From assembly GCA_963718915.1 (NCBI GenBank), contig CAVRAI010000001.1, forward strand, positions 270,001-302,000: DNA of 32,000 nt, read 5' to 3'. A program made the position numbers and the translations under genes. This DNA is from an uncultured Chloroflexia bacterium (GTDB lineage: Bacteria > Chloroflexota > Ktedonobacteria > Ktedonobacterales > JADMIN01). Positions 16,782-24,103 of this stretch are shown one piece after another. The notes under the pieces were generated by a model. It was not told where the DNA came from, made no database searches, and saw only the letters and a list, made by a program, of their open reading frames with translations. How positions within the stretch are numbered: position 1 is the first letter of the stretch; every line of letters begins with the position of its first letter.

Positions 16782-16913
16782 CCGAACAGCGTGGTGGGCT
16801 GAGCGAGCCGGAGTCTGAAGACCCCGGCGAATGGGCCAGAGAGCCAGCGGGGAAAATTCGCCGTAGCGTTCACGCTACGGCTTGCCTCGCCCACCACGGC
16901 GCGTGGTGTTCGG
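16782..16913 (+). repeat. structured GC-rich intergenic repeat, copy A
   Basis: CCGGAGTC-TGAA-GACCCCGG (16808-16827). CGGCGAAT (16825-16832) / ATTCGCCG (16856-16863). GCCGTAGCG-TTCA-CGCTACGGC. Imperfect outer stem CCGAACA...TGTTCGG. The 25-nt core 16856-16880 is identical to 22204-22228. Confidence 0.6.
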
Positions 16914-16955
16914 AGTAAAACGTGAACCGCCAGCGCAGTTGGAGAGGCTCCCGCC

Positions 16956-17867
16956 ATGCCAGATACGTCCGATACACCCGCCACCAGCCATCCGCCGCGC
17001 GTCAGCGTGTCGCAGCGGGCAGGCGGACTTATGCGCGTCACCCATCCCGTGCCCGTGGCAATGTATATGCTGCTGATGGCGCTGCTGGCCCCGATTGCGG
17101 CGTTCTCCGCGCACCACGCGCTTTCCATAGGCGCGGTCGTGCGTCTCGTGCTGGCAATGGGCTGCGCGCAGGCGGCCATCGGTATCCTCAACGACTATTG
17201 CGACCGCGCGCTCGACGCCGCCAGCAAACCACAGAAGCCGCTCGTGCGCGGCACGGTACAGCCAGGCGAGGCGCTGGCGCTGGTGGTCATTCTGACGGGG
17301 CTGGCGATCCTGATTGCCCAGTCATTCGGGCTGGCGGCGACATTGATCCTCTGTGCCATCATGGCGCTTGGCTTCGCCTACGATCTGCGCTTCAAGGGGA
17401 CATGGGTGAGCGCGGCGCTCTTCGCGCTCCACTTTCCGTTGCTGCCGATCTTTGTCTGGGTGGCGCTGGGCGCGTGGCAGCCATTTCTGCCGTGGATTCT
17501 ACCGCTGGGCGCGGCGCTCGGCATTGCCATGAATATCGCCAACTCACTGCCCGACCTCGACGACGATAGCGCCGCCGGGGTGCGCGGGCTGCCACATGTG
17601 CTGGGGCTGCGCCGCGATCTCGCGCTGGTCTGGGGAATCCCAGTCGCGCTGAGCCTGCTCATCTGGCTGCTCGATCTCACTGGGCTTGCGCCGGGGCTGC
17701 CGGTCTGGCTCCTGCTGGCGACATTGGTGGCCATCGGCACGACGGCGCTGACGATGCTGCTCTATCGTCGCAAGCCGGATACCGCGACGCTCAAGGTGAA
17801 CTTCTACATCCAGGCATTCGGCGCGATGGCGTTCGCCGCCTGCTGGCTAATCGCGGTGATCGCCTGA
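16956..17867 (+). CDS. UbiA family prenyltransferase
   Basis: Multi-TM protein with LNDYCDRALD (NDxxDxxxD) and a second Asp-rich motif, LPDLDDD. GGAGAGG lies 8 nt before the ATG. Confidence 0.85.
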   Translation: MPDTSDTPATSHPPRVSVSQRAGGLMRVTHPVPVAMYMLLMALLAPIAAFSAHHALSIGAVVRLVLAMGCAQAAIGILNDYCDRALDAASKPQKPLVRGTVQPGEALALVVILTGLAILIAQSFGLAATLILCAIMALGFAYDLRFKGTWVSAALFALHFPLLPIFVWVALGAWQPFLPWILPLGAALGIAMNIANSLPDLDDDSAAGVRGLPHVLGLRRDLALVWGIPVALSLLIWLLDLTGLAPGLPVWLLLATLVAIGTTALTMLLYRRKPDTATLKVNFYIQAFGAMAFAACWLIAVIA

Positions 17868-17881
17868 TTCCCCGATTTTTT
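17849..17881 (+). terminator. candidate intrinsic terminator overlapping the UbiA stop codon
   Basis: AATCGCGG / CCCCGATT stem (7 of 8 pairs), followed by TTTTTT at 17876-17881. Confidence 0.45.
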
Positions 17882-17955
17882 GGGCGTTTGTATCACGCCG
17901 CGACGGGTGATCTTTGCCCGGAAGTACTGCTGAGGCTGAGCCTCTCAGGCAGCCA

Positions 17956-17964
17956 TGCTATACT
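17956..17964 (+). promoter_or_regulatory. candidate extended -10 promoter (TGcTATACT) upstream of the receiver-domain gene
   Basis: TGCTATACT read directly. It lies 111 nt upstream of ATG 18075. Confidence 0.35.
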
Positions 17965-18074
17965 CGGCTCAGTAGCTCTGCCTGCTATCCGGCGATGTCT
18001 CGCAAGGGACAACCGGGAGGCAAGGAACGGCCCGGAAGATACCACCAACGCACAGGCGGGAGGCCTGAAACCCT

Positions 18075-18701
18075 ATGAGCAGTGTACGCGCCAATTCATC
18101 GCGCCGACCGGGCAGACAGACACGCCTGCGCGCGATGGCGCCAGCCGCGCACGCTCATGCGATGTCAGGCAACGTTGCGCTGCCAGCGCCACACAAGCCG
18201 TCGCGCCACAGCCGCCCGGCAAACGCATCTGTCACGTTGCTGCCGCGCGCCGCCGCGCCAACCCTTGAGACTGTCGCGCCTGTCGAACCGTCGCCTATCC
18301 CACTGGCGGTCTCGCCCGTGGCGAAGCAGACACATCCCAGCATCCTGATCGTGGAGGACGATCCGCACACGGCGTATGCTATTCGCGATACGCTCAAGTT
18401 GGAGGGCGAGCCAGACTGGGAAATCCAGGTGGCTGAGGGTGGCGAGCGCGCGCTGGCGCTGGCGGCGGCACAGCCCCCAAACGTCGTGCTGCTCGACGTG
18501 AACCTGCCCGATCTCGACGGCGCTGAGGTCTATCGCCGTCTGCGCACCCGCCCCGAGGCATGGAAGACCCATGTGCTGTTCCTGACGGCAGCGACCTCGC
18601 TCGATCTCTACCAGCGCGGCGTGGAGGCTGGGGTGGTGCTGCGCAAGCCGTTCGAGATGCGCGAGCTGGTGAGCCTGGTGCGCACGCTCGTCGCCGACTA
18701 G
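18075..18701 (+). CDS. response regulator, stand-alone receiver (CheY-like) domain with an uncertain N-terminal extension
   Basis: ILIVEDD, LLDVNLPDLDG (acceptor Asp), FLTA and RKPF motifs. The first ~95 codons are low-complexity Ala/Pro/Arg. An in-frame GTG just before AKQTHPSILIVEDD (~18321) is an alternative start. Confidence 0.75.
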   Translation: MSSVRANSSRRPGRQTRLRAMAPAAHAHAMSGNVALPAPHKPSRHSRPANASVTLLPRAAAPTLETVAPVEPSPIPLAVSPVAKQTHPSILIVEDDPHTAYAIRDTLKLEGEPDWEIQVAEGGERALALAAAQPPNVVLLDVNLPDLDGAEVYRRLRTRPEAWKTHVLFLTAATSLDLYQRGVEAGVVLRKPFEMRELVSLVRTLVAD

Positions 18702-18780
18702 CGGCGAATCGCTCATCGTCCGTTCGTCAGCCAGATTGCGCGCCGCTTGTGTATCGCAAAGTCATGGTATCGTGGCGCGC

Positions 18781-18809
18781 TTGACACGCGACTCGTCTCA
18801 TACGATACT
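18781..18809 (+). promoter_or_regulatory. candidate sigma70-type promoter TTGACA-17-GATACT
   Basis: TTGACA at 18781-18786, a 17-nt spacer, GATACT at 18804-18809. About 190 nt upstream of the HNH ORF start. Confidence 0.4.
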
Positions 18810-19001
18810 ACTGGTGTAATGATATGTTGACTGCGACTGCGCTATGTCATCCTCCGAGAGCGACTCTCGCCTCCGAAGTGCCTCCCAGGTATGATGTCTT
18901 GAAGCGCAACCACTGAACTAATTCATCGCCCTGCGCGTATACATCTATGAAAGGTATGCCGAAGCAAGCAGGATAGACGATGTGGAGGGGTTGCCGGTAC
19001 G

Positions 19002-19811
19002 GTGAGTATGAATACAACACGACGTATGATAGATCGGGCGCGAAAGCCCGAACGAGGGGGAGTGGGGTATAGTCCCCCTGATGGTTTTGTGATTCGCGTT
19101 ACGACGACGAGTTCTGTATGGGGAGTGCGAGGAGATACCCACTCCTGGACCGCATGGAGTCCGTGGCCTGGTCATCCAGCCATTCAGCCGCCTCTGCCTC
19201 ATCCCGCGAAATCCTCGGCGATTGATCTTCCTTCCGCGCCGCTCCGTGAGACCCCAGTATTGCCCGCACGGTCGCGTATGGTGCGCACGCCCGCGCCCAC
19301 CCGCCCGGCGCAATATCCCCCACGCACGCCAGCCACGCGCAATGGCCGCATCCCATCCACCCATCAGATGCCGCGTCAAGCGCCGCGACCAGCGGCACGC
19401 CCGGCGGCACGACCGCCGCAGCAGCACATGGAATGGCCCGCGACGTTCGATGACTGGATGATCGATATCGTGCGTCGTCGGGCGCTCCGGCTGAATAGCG
19501 GCGCGCGCAGGCGTGGAGTGATCGGCTCGGTGCGGGCGGTCGAGCTGGCGCATGTGCTGGAGCATGCGAGGAATGGGAACGGCCAGTGGCTCTGTGGCAT
19601 CTGTAAGATGCCGGTGACGCTGCACGATCTCTCGTTCGATCATGTGCTGGCGCTGGCCGATGGCGGCGAGCACGCGGCGCACAATCTGGCGCCCGCGCAC
19701 CGCAAGTGCAACGAGGTCAAAGGCTCGGAGAAAGCCCAGCATCGCGCCAGCGCGCTGGATCGCTGGTTCGACGAGTGGGCCGATAACTCGCGTTCGCGCA
19801 CCGCCTCTTAA
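19002..19811 (+). CDS. HNH endonuclease with a long Pro/Arg-rich N-terminal region of uncertain reality
   Basis: C-terminal core CGICKMPVTLHDLSFDHVLALADGGEHAAHNLAPAHRKCNEVKG (CxxC...H..HN...HxxC). GTG 19002 lies 13 nt after GGAGG at 18984-18988. The recognisable domain alone would start at ATG 19428. Confidence 0.7.
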   Translation: MSMNTTRRMIDRARKPERGGVGYSPPDGFVIRVTTTSSVWGVRGDTHSWTAWSPWPGHPAIQPPLPHPAKSSAIDLPSAPLRETPVLPARSRMVRTPAPTRPAQYPPRTPATRNGRIPSTHQMPRQAPRPAARPAARPPQQHMEWPATFDDWMIDIVRRRALRLNSGARRRGVIGSVRAVELAHVLEHARNGNGQWLCGICKMPVTLHDLSFDHVLALADGGEHAAHNLAPAHRKCNEVKGSEKAQHRASALDRWFDEWADNSRSRTAS

Positions 19812-19818
19812 ATAAGGC

Positions 19819-19842
19819 GCTCCGGCCATGAATGGCCGGAGC
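19819..19842. terminator. palindromic hairpin after the HNH gene
   Basis: GCTCCGGCCAT-GA-ATGGCCGGAGC lies 8 nt after TAA at 19809-19811. The related palindrome GGCCATTCATGGCC follows at ~19854. Confidence 0.45.
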
Positions 19843-19917
19843 AGGACACGATGGGCCATTCATGGCCACCTCGCCCGATGGGTGAGCAGTGCGGAAATCG
19901 CGCCGAGATCGCATCTG

Positions 19918-19943
19918 GCCCGCAGCCGAAAGTGACTGCGGGC
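19918..19943. terminator. hairpin between the convergent HNH and anti-sigma-like genes
   Basis: GCCCGCAG / CTGCGGGC, an 8-bp stem with a 10-nt loop, followed on the + strand by TTTGTATT. Confidence 0.45.
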
Positions 19944-19954
19944 TTTGTATTGGC

Positions 19955-21457
19955 CTATTGTCCGTATTCGTGCCATGCGCCATTGGCGAAGTAGAGCAGT
20001 ACGCCCATTGTGTAGCCAGAGCCGGAATAGCTCCCGTTGCCAGTGGGTATCTGGTGTATTACATAATAATAGCCGATGGCCCAGTACTCGTCAGCGGAGA
20101 CACGGGTGAGCGAGCCGATGAGCGAGAGATTGCTGAACGGCCACGTCGGCTGCTGCCATGAATCGCCGCGCTGGTACTGCGCGCTGACGATGGTTGGAGG
20201 GTTATTCGGTAGTGGCGCAGCACCTGTCGTAACGGATGGATCGTACTTTGTGAACGCCCAACTTACGCCCTCGTCGAAAGCCTCTACGTCTTCTGGGCTT
20301 CCACTCGCCCCCACCGCTACCTGCCTCCACTGGCTGCCGTCATAGTGCGCCACCGCGGCCTTTATCGTTCTCGTTCCTGACTCCGAACCGACTAGCCCAG
20401 ACGCCCAGATATTGTTTGGCGAGACCATCCGCAGCGTGAAGATATCGATTCCCGACGGCAATGCCATTCTGGTCCACGTCCCTGCCTGATAATGGTACAT
20501 GTCGGGAAGCGGTGCGGTCTTGGTAGCATATCCCACAACCCAGGCATCAGCCGGAGCGACGGGCAGCACGGTTGTCATGACCACGAATGGCGTATCGACC
20601 CTCGACCACTTTCCGTTCGCGAAATGTAGCAAAGCTGACATCGGATTCCCCTGGCTATCCTTCACCAGGTTGACCCCGATCCAGCCTTCATCCGCCGAGA
20701 GCATATGCACCTCCCGGTAGGTGAACAGGCCATGTAAAACGTCCGCGCCTGGGGGCGTCACGGACTTCCAGACGCCACCTGTATAGTGCATGGCGAATGG
20801 CGCGCCACCAGTCGTGCTGCCAACTGCCCAGCCGTCGGTCGCCGACCCCATCGAGAGGCTCGAAAGTCCAGCATCGGGAATGCTGGTCGAGATCGGCGCC
20901 CAGACGCAGTTGTGATAATGCAGGATGAAGGACTTATCTGGCTCAAACGTTGTTGGGTCCACGACCTCGCCAATGGCCCACCCCTCGTCGGGCGAGACCA
21001 TATCGATGGAGCCAAAGTCGCTGTTGGCGGGCAAATGCGCTTTGATATCTGCTGGCGCGCACGTCCCCTTTGTCGGCAATGTCGGCAATACATTGCCGTG
21101 CCCACCGTTTGTCTGGCCGAGGGGAGCATGCATCCGCGTCAGCAGCATACCAGCCAGCAGCGCCACGACCAGCGCCGCCGCCACCGTGCCCAGCCATACA
21201 CTCGTTCGCCGTTGCGGGGCTTTGCCGCTGAAAGGGCGATCTGTGTCATGGGGAGTAGTGGTAGTGTCTTCAGCCAGGTTAGCGCGTTCGCTATGCTGTC
21301 GCGGGGTGAGTGCTGGCGCTGACGCGGACACAGGAACGCGCATGTAGACATCAAGGTCGCGCACCAACCGTGTCAGCGCGGGATCGTTCTCTGTCTCAGG
21401 GAGCACATCGGGGAATCGTTCGCGGAGCGCATCATAGCGCGGGTTAGTATGTGGCAT
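19955..21457 (-). CDS. single-pass membrane protein, putative anti-sigma factor with a 7-repeat propeller-like ectodomain (no zinc-finger motif)
   Basis: Start overlaps the sigma gene stop by 14 nt. TM segment VWLGTVAAALVVALLAGMLL. Seven repeats of the type S.DEGWA.G ... LHY..G.W..V. Paralogous to 22359-24083. Confidence 0.75.
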   Translation of the reverse strand: MPHTNPRYDALRERFPDVLPETENDPALTRLVRDLDVYMRVPVSASAPALTPRQHSERANLAEDTTTTPHDTDRPFSGKAPQRRTSVWLGTVAAALVVALLAGMLLTRMHAPLGQTNGGHGNVLPTLPTKGTCAPADIKAHLPANSDFGSIDMVSPDEGWAIGEVVDPTTFEPDKSFILHYHNCVWAPISTSIPDAGLSSLSMGSATDGWAVGSTTGGAPFAMHYTGGVWKSVTPPGADVLHGLFTYREVHMLSADEGWIGVNLVKDSQGNPMSALLHFANGKWSRVDTPFVVMTTVLPVAPADAWVVGYATKTAPLPDMYHYQAGTWTRMALPSGIDIFTLRMVSPNNIWASGLVGSESGTRTIKAAVAHYDGSQWRQVAVGASGSPEDVEAFDEGVSWAFTKYDPSVTTGAAPLPNNPPTIVSAQYQRGDSWQQPTWPFSNLSLIGSLTRVSADEYWAIGYYYVIHQIPTGNGSYSGSGYTMGVLLYFANGAWHEYGQ

Positions 21458-22034
21458 GATACTGCTCCTTCAAACTCTGTAGCAGACGGCTCAGCGACTT
21501 ACGCACAGCCTCCGGGCGCTTGCCGAGAATCGCGGCGATTTCGGGCGTGGTCAGCCCGGCGGCGAACCGCAGCGCCAGCAGATCGCGCGCGTCGGGAGTC
21601 AGGCTGTTGAGCAGCAGAGCGAGTTGCTCGATGGATTCGCGCTGTAGCAGAGCGGCCTCCATCTCATGGTCAGAGAGCAGGTCGCCCGCAGCCTCCAGCG
21701 GTAGGATTACCGGTCGCCGACGGAAGCGGTCAGCGAGAATATGGCGCGCGATGGTAAAGAGCCAGGCGGCAAAAGGCGTGTGGCGCGATTGGTAGCGCGG
21801 CAGCGCATTCAACGCCTTGAGAAAGACCTGTTGCGTCAGATCGGCGGCATCTTCTTCCGACTGGAGGCGAACGCGCAGATAGCGATAGACACGGGCGTGG
21901 TATCGCTGGTAGAGCGCCGCGAAGGCCTCTGGATCGCGTTTGGCGGCCTCCACTAGCGCATGCTCACCCGTTGGCTCGTCCTGACCGCTGGTGATTGGAC
22001 TGGTCGCGAACAGCCGTGAAGTAGATTCCAACAC
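21444..22034 (-). CDS. ECF-type RNA polymerase sigma-70 family factor
   Basis: Region 2 (FAALYQRYHARVYRYL...DLTQQVFLKAL) and region 4 HTH (LTTPEIAAILGKRPEAVRKSLSR). AAGGAG precedes the GTG/TTG start at 22034/22031. Confidence 0.9.
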   Translation of the reverse strand: MLESTSRLFATSPITSGQDEPTGEHALVEAAKRDPEAFAALYQRYHARVYRYLRVRLQSEEDAADLTQQVFLKALNALPRYQSRHTPFAAWLFTIARHILADRFRRRPVILPLEAAGDLLSDHEMEAALLQRESIEQLALLLNSLTPDARDLLALRFAAGLTTPEIAAILGKRPEAVRKSLSRLLQSLKEQYHATY

Positions 22035-22141
22035 GATCTCCTTTAGCTGCGCGGATGATAGATATTCGTGAGTGTCATGATCTCAACGGTTATAACGCCG
22101 AGTGCGCCAATGTGTGACATGGAGTGACGCCCGTTTAGGCT

Positions 22142-22252
22142 GGGTTGTTGCCGTTGGGGTGGGCCGACCGCAGCCTTCAGGCTGCGGCTAATTTCCCAGC
22201 CCCATTCGCCGTAGCGTTCACGCTACGGTCTGCCCCCAAGGACAACAATCCA
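22142..22252 (+). repeat. structured GC-rich intergenic repeat, copy B
   Basis: CCGCAGCC-TTCA-GGCTGCGG (22168-22187). CGGCTAAT / ATTCGCCG (22185-22192 / 22204-22211). CCGTAGCG-TTCA-CGCTACGG. Imperfect outer stem GGGTTGTTGCCGTTGGGG / CCCCCAAGGACAACAATCC. Confidence 0.6.
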
Positions 22253-22358
22253 AACGAAATCAGTATGACGCCCAACGCGCTCGTAGGCACAGCAAAGCGG
22301 AGCCGAGTTTCCTCGACTCCGCCGCGTGATGGTTATCGCATCTTGGGCGATGGCGCTG

Positions 22359-24083
22359 CTATCCGCCGTACTGATGCCAGGTTCCGCTGGCGAAGTAGAG
22401 CAGCACAGGTGTCACATCGCCTGTAGTACGCGCCACATAATGTCCGATTGCCCAGTATTCGTCTGGAGCCACTCGCACAAGAGAACTCACCTCCAACAAA
22501 TCGGCAACCGGCAATTTCACTGTCTGCCAGGTGTTGCCGCCACCATATTGCATGCGGCTGATGGTTTCACCCGCGTCGGTTCGCTCCAGGTTGAATGCCC
22601 ATGCTGCGCTTGCGCCAAATGACTGAACGAGTTGAGCTTTCCCACCCTCGCCAAGATTCACCTGTGCCCAGTTTGTGCCGTCATAGTGCAGCGCCACTGC
22701 CGCTGACTGGGCGCCTTCTGAGTTCAATGGCACTACGGCGTGCGCCGACGCCCAGATATCGGTCGGGGAGTCCATCCGCAGGCGGTCGATAAATACGCCG
22801 GGAGGCAACGTTACGGATGTCCACTGCCCTGCTTGATAATGATAGAGCGCAGGGGTAAGCGGACTGACAGAGGTATCCCCAGCGACCCATGCTTCACCCT
22901 GCCCGACGGGCAGCACATCAGCGACAAGCTTCAAGGGTACGTTGACGGTAGACCAATGCCCGTACGCCAGGTGAAGCAGTCCACTTGATATGTTGCCCTG
23001 CTGGCCGTTAGTAGACTCAACAACAATCCAGCCCTCGTCTGAGGAGCGCATACGCACTTCCCCATAGTTGCCTTGTAGAGTGCTTTGTTCTGACAACATC
23101 ACGCTTGTCCATGCGCCATTCGTGTAATGCAATGCCAGTGGCTTCCCCAAAGTGTCCCCTACGGCCCAGCCATCGTTTGCTGAATCCATTGAGATACTCG
23201 AAAGTCGCGCACCTGGATAATTTGTTGCTACTGGTGTCCACGTGCAGTTATGGAAGTGCAGGATCAGCGCCCTGGCTGACTCTGGGCTCTGTTGGCTCGG
23301 GGTTGGGGTGACGGCCCCTCCTCCGCTAGACGATACCGTAGACGATACCGAGCCGACGGCCCATCCTTCGTCGGGCGATACCATTGTGAGATCACTCAAC
23401 TGGGTGTTCGCTGGCAATTGCGCCTTGATGTTCGCTGGCGTACACGCCCCTGACGCCGCCGGGCCATTCCCATGCCCGATGGTTATCTGATTGTGCGTTC
23501 CTCGTGTTTGCAGGATAAACATACCCGCCAATAGCGCCACAATCAGCACAGCCGCTGCCGTGCCCAGCAGCACGCGCATCCGCTGCATGCCCTTTCTGGC
23601 GCGCGTTGGCATTTCTAGCCTCGTCCACTGCGAGTCGTTGACATCATTCGTCTCGTTCACATTCCGCACAACGGTTGTCCTCTCGCTGGGCATCGAGGGT
23701 GCGAATCCAGGCGAACGATCCGCACGATGGGCGCGCGCCGTCGCGATCCGCGCCGCCAGCCGCTGGCGTAGCTCTGGCCCCGGCGCGGGCATAGGCGCGG
23801 ATGCGATGAGCCGATCTATCGCCGCGAAGCGTTCCAGCGCAGCCCCGCATGCGACGCACCCGGCGGCGTGTTCGGCCACCGACTGCGCGATGCGCGGTTC
23901 CAGCGCGTGGTGATAGTACGCTTCGAGCAACGGCCCGAAAGCGGCGCATCCACCAGACCCATCTGTCTCGTCTCGTTCGGCCCCGTGGCCCCGATGCCTG
24001 TCCACAACATCTCCCATATACCGGTTGTGCCGTTGCGCAACGACTCTACTGCCTACACGTGGCTCGCGCTTCTCGTGTGACAC
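22359..24083 (-). CDS. zinc-finger (ZAS-like) anti-sigma factor with a 7-repeat propeller-like ectodomain
   Basis: HxxxCxxC in EHAAGCVACG. TM segment VLLGTAAAVLIVALLAGMFIL. The seven repeats are collinear with those of the 19955-21457 product. GTG start lies 20 nt after the sigma stop; ATG 24017 is an alternative. Confidence 0.8.
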   Translation of the reverse strand: MSHEKREPRVGSRVVAQRHNRYMGDVVDRHRGHGAERDETDGSGGCAAFGPLLEAYYHHALEPRIAQSVAEHAAGCVACGAALERFAAIDRLIASAPMPAPGPELRQRLAARIATARAHRADRSPGFAPSMPSERTTVVRNVNETNDVNDSQWTRLEMPTRARKGMQRMRVLLGTAAAVLIVALLAGMFILQTRGTHNQITIGHGNGPAASGACTPANIKAQLPANTQLSDLTMVSPDEGWAVGSVSSTVSSSGGGAVTPTPSQQSPESARALILHFHNCTWTPVATNYPGARLSSISMDSANDGWAVGDTLGKPLALHYTNGAWTSVMLSEQSTLQGNYGEVRMRSSDEGWIVVESTNGQQGNISSGLLHLAYGHWSTVNVPLKLVADVLPVGQGEAWVAGDTSVSPLTPALYHYQAGQWTSVTLPPGVFIDRLRMDSPTDIWASAHAVVPLNSEGAQSAAVALHYDGTNWAQVNLGEGGKAQLVQSFGASAAWAFNLERTDAGETISRMQYGGGNTWQTVKLPVADLLEVSSLVRVAPDEYWAIGHYVARTTGDVTPVLLYFASGTWHQYGG

Positions 24084-24103
24084 TCCGCAGCGAGATTAGC
24101 CGC

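Noticed and set aside
17985-18075. c-di-GMP-I (GEMM-I)-like strings in the leader of the receiver gene. CGCAAGGGACAACC and ACGCACAGGC...GGCCTGAAACC resemble GCACAGGGCAAACC and ACGCAAAGCC...GGCCUAAACC.
   Set aside because: There are mismatches at the most conserved nucleotides and an extra ~11 nt between the first hairpin and the ACGCA motif. No GNRA tetraloop/receptor pair is visible. This is too weak to call without cmsearch.
19035-19090. Hammerhead-like core strings (GAAA ... CTGATGG) in the HNH upstream region.
   Set aside because: The motif is CUGAUGG rather than CUGANGA. The required stem II pairing between the flanks does not exist, and the GAAA lies inside its own hairpin loop.
19002-19811. 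IscB/HEARO-type RNA-guided nuclease (an HNH protein with structured upstream RNA).
   Set aside because: The protein has no RuvC motifs or PLMP-type N-terminus. Only a ~45-residue HNH core is recognisable, so it is not IscB-like.
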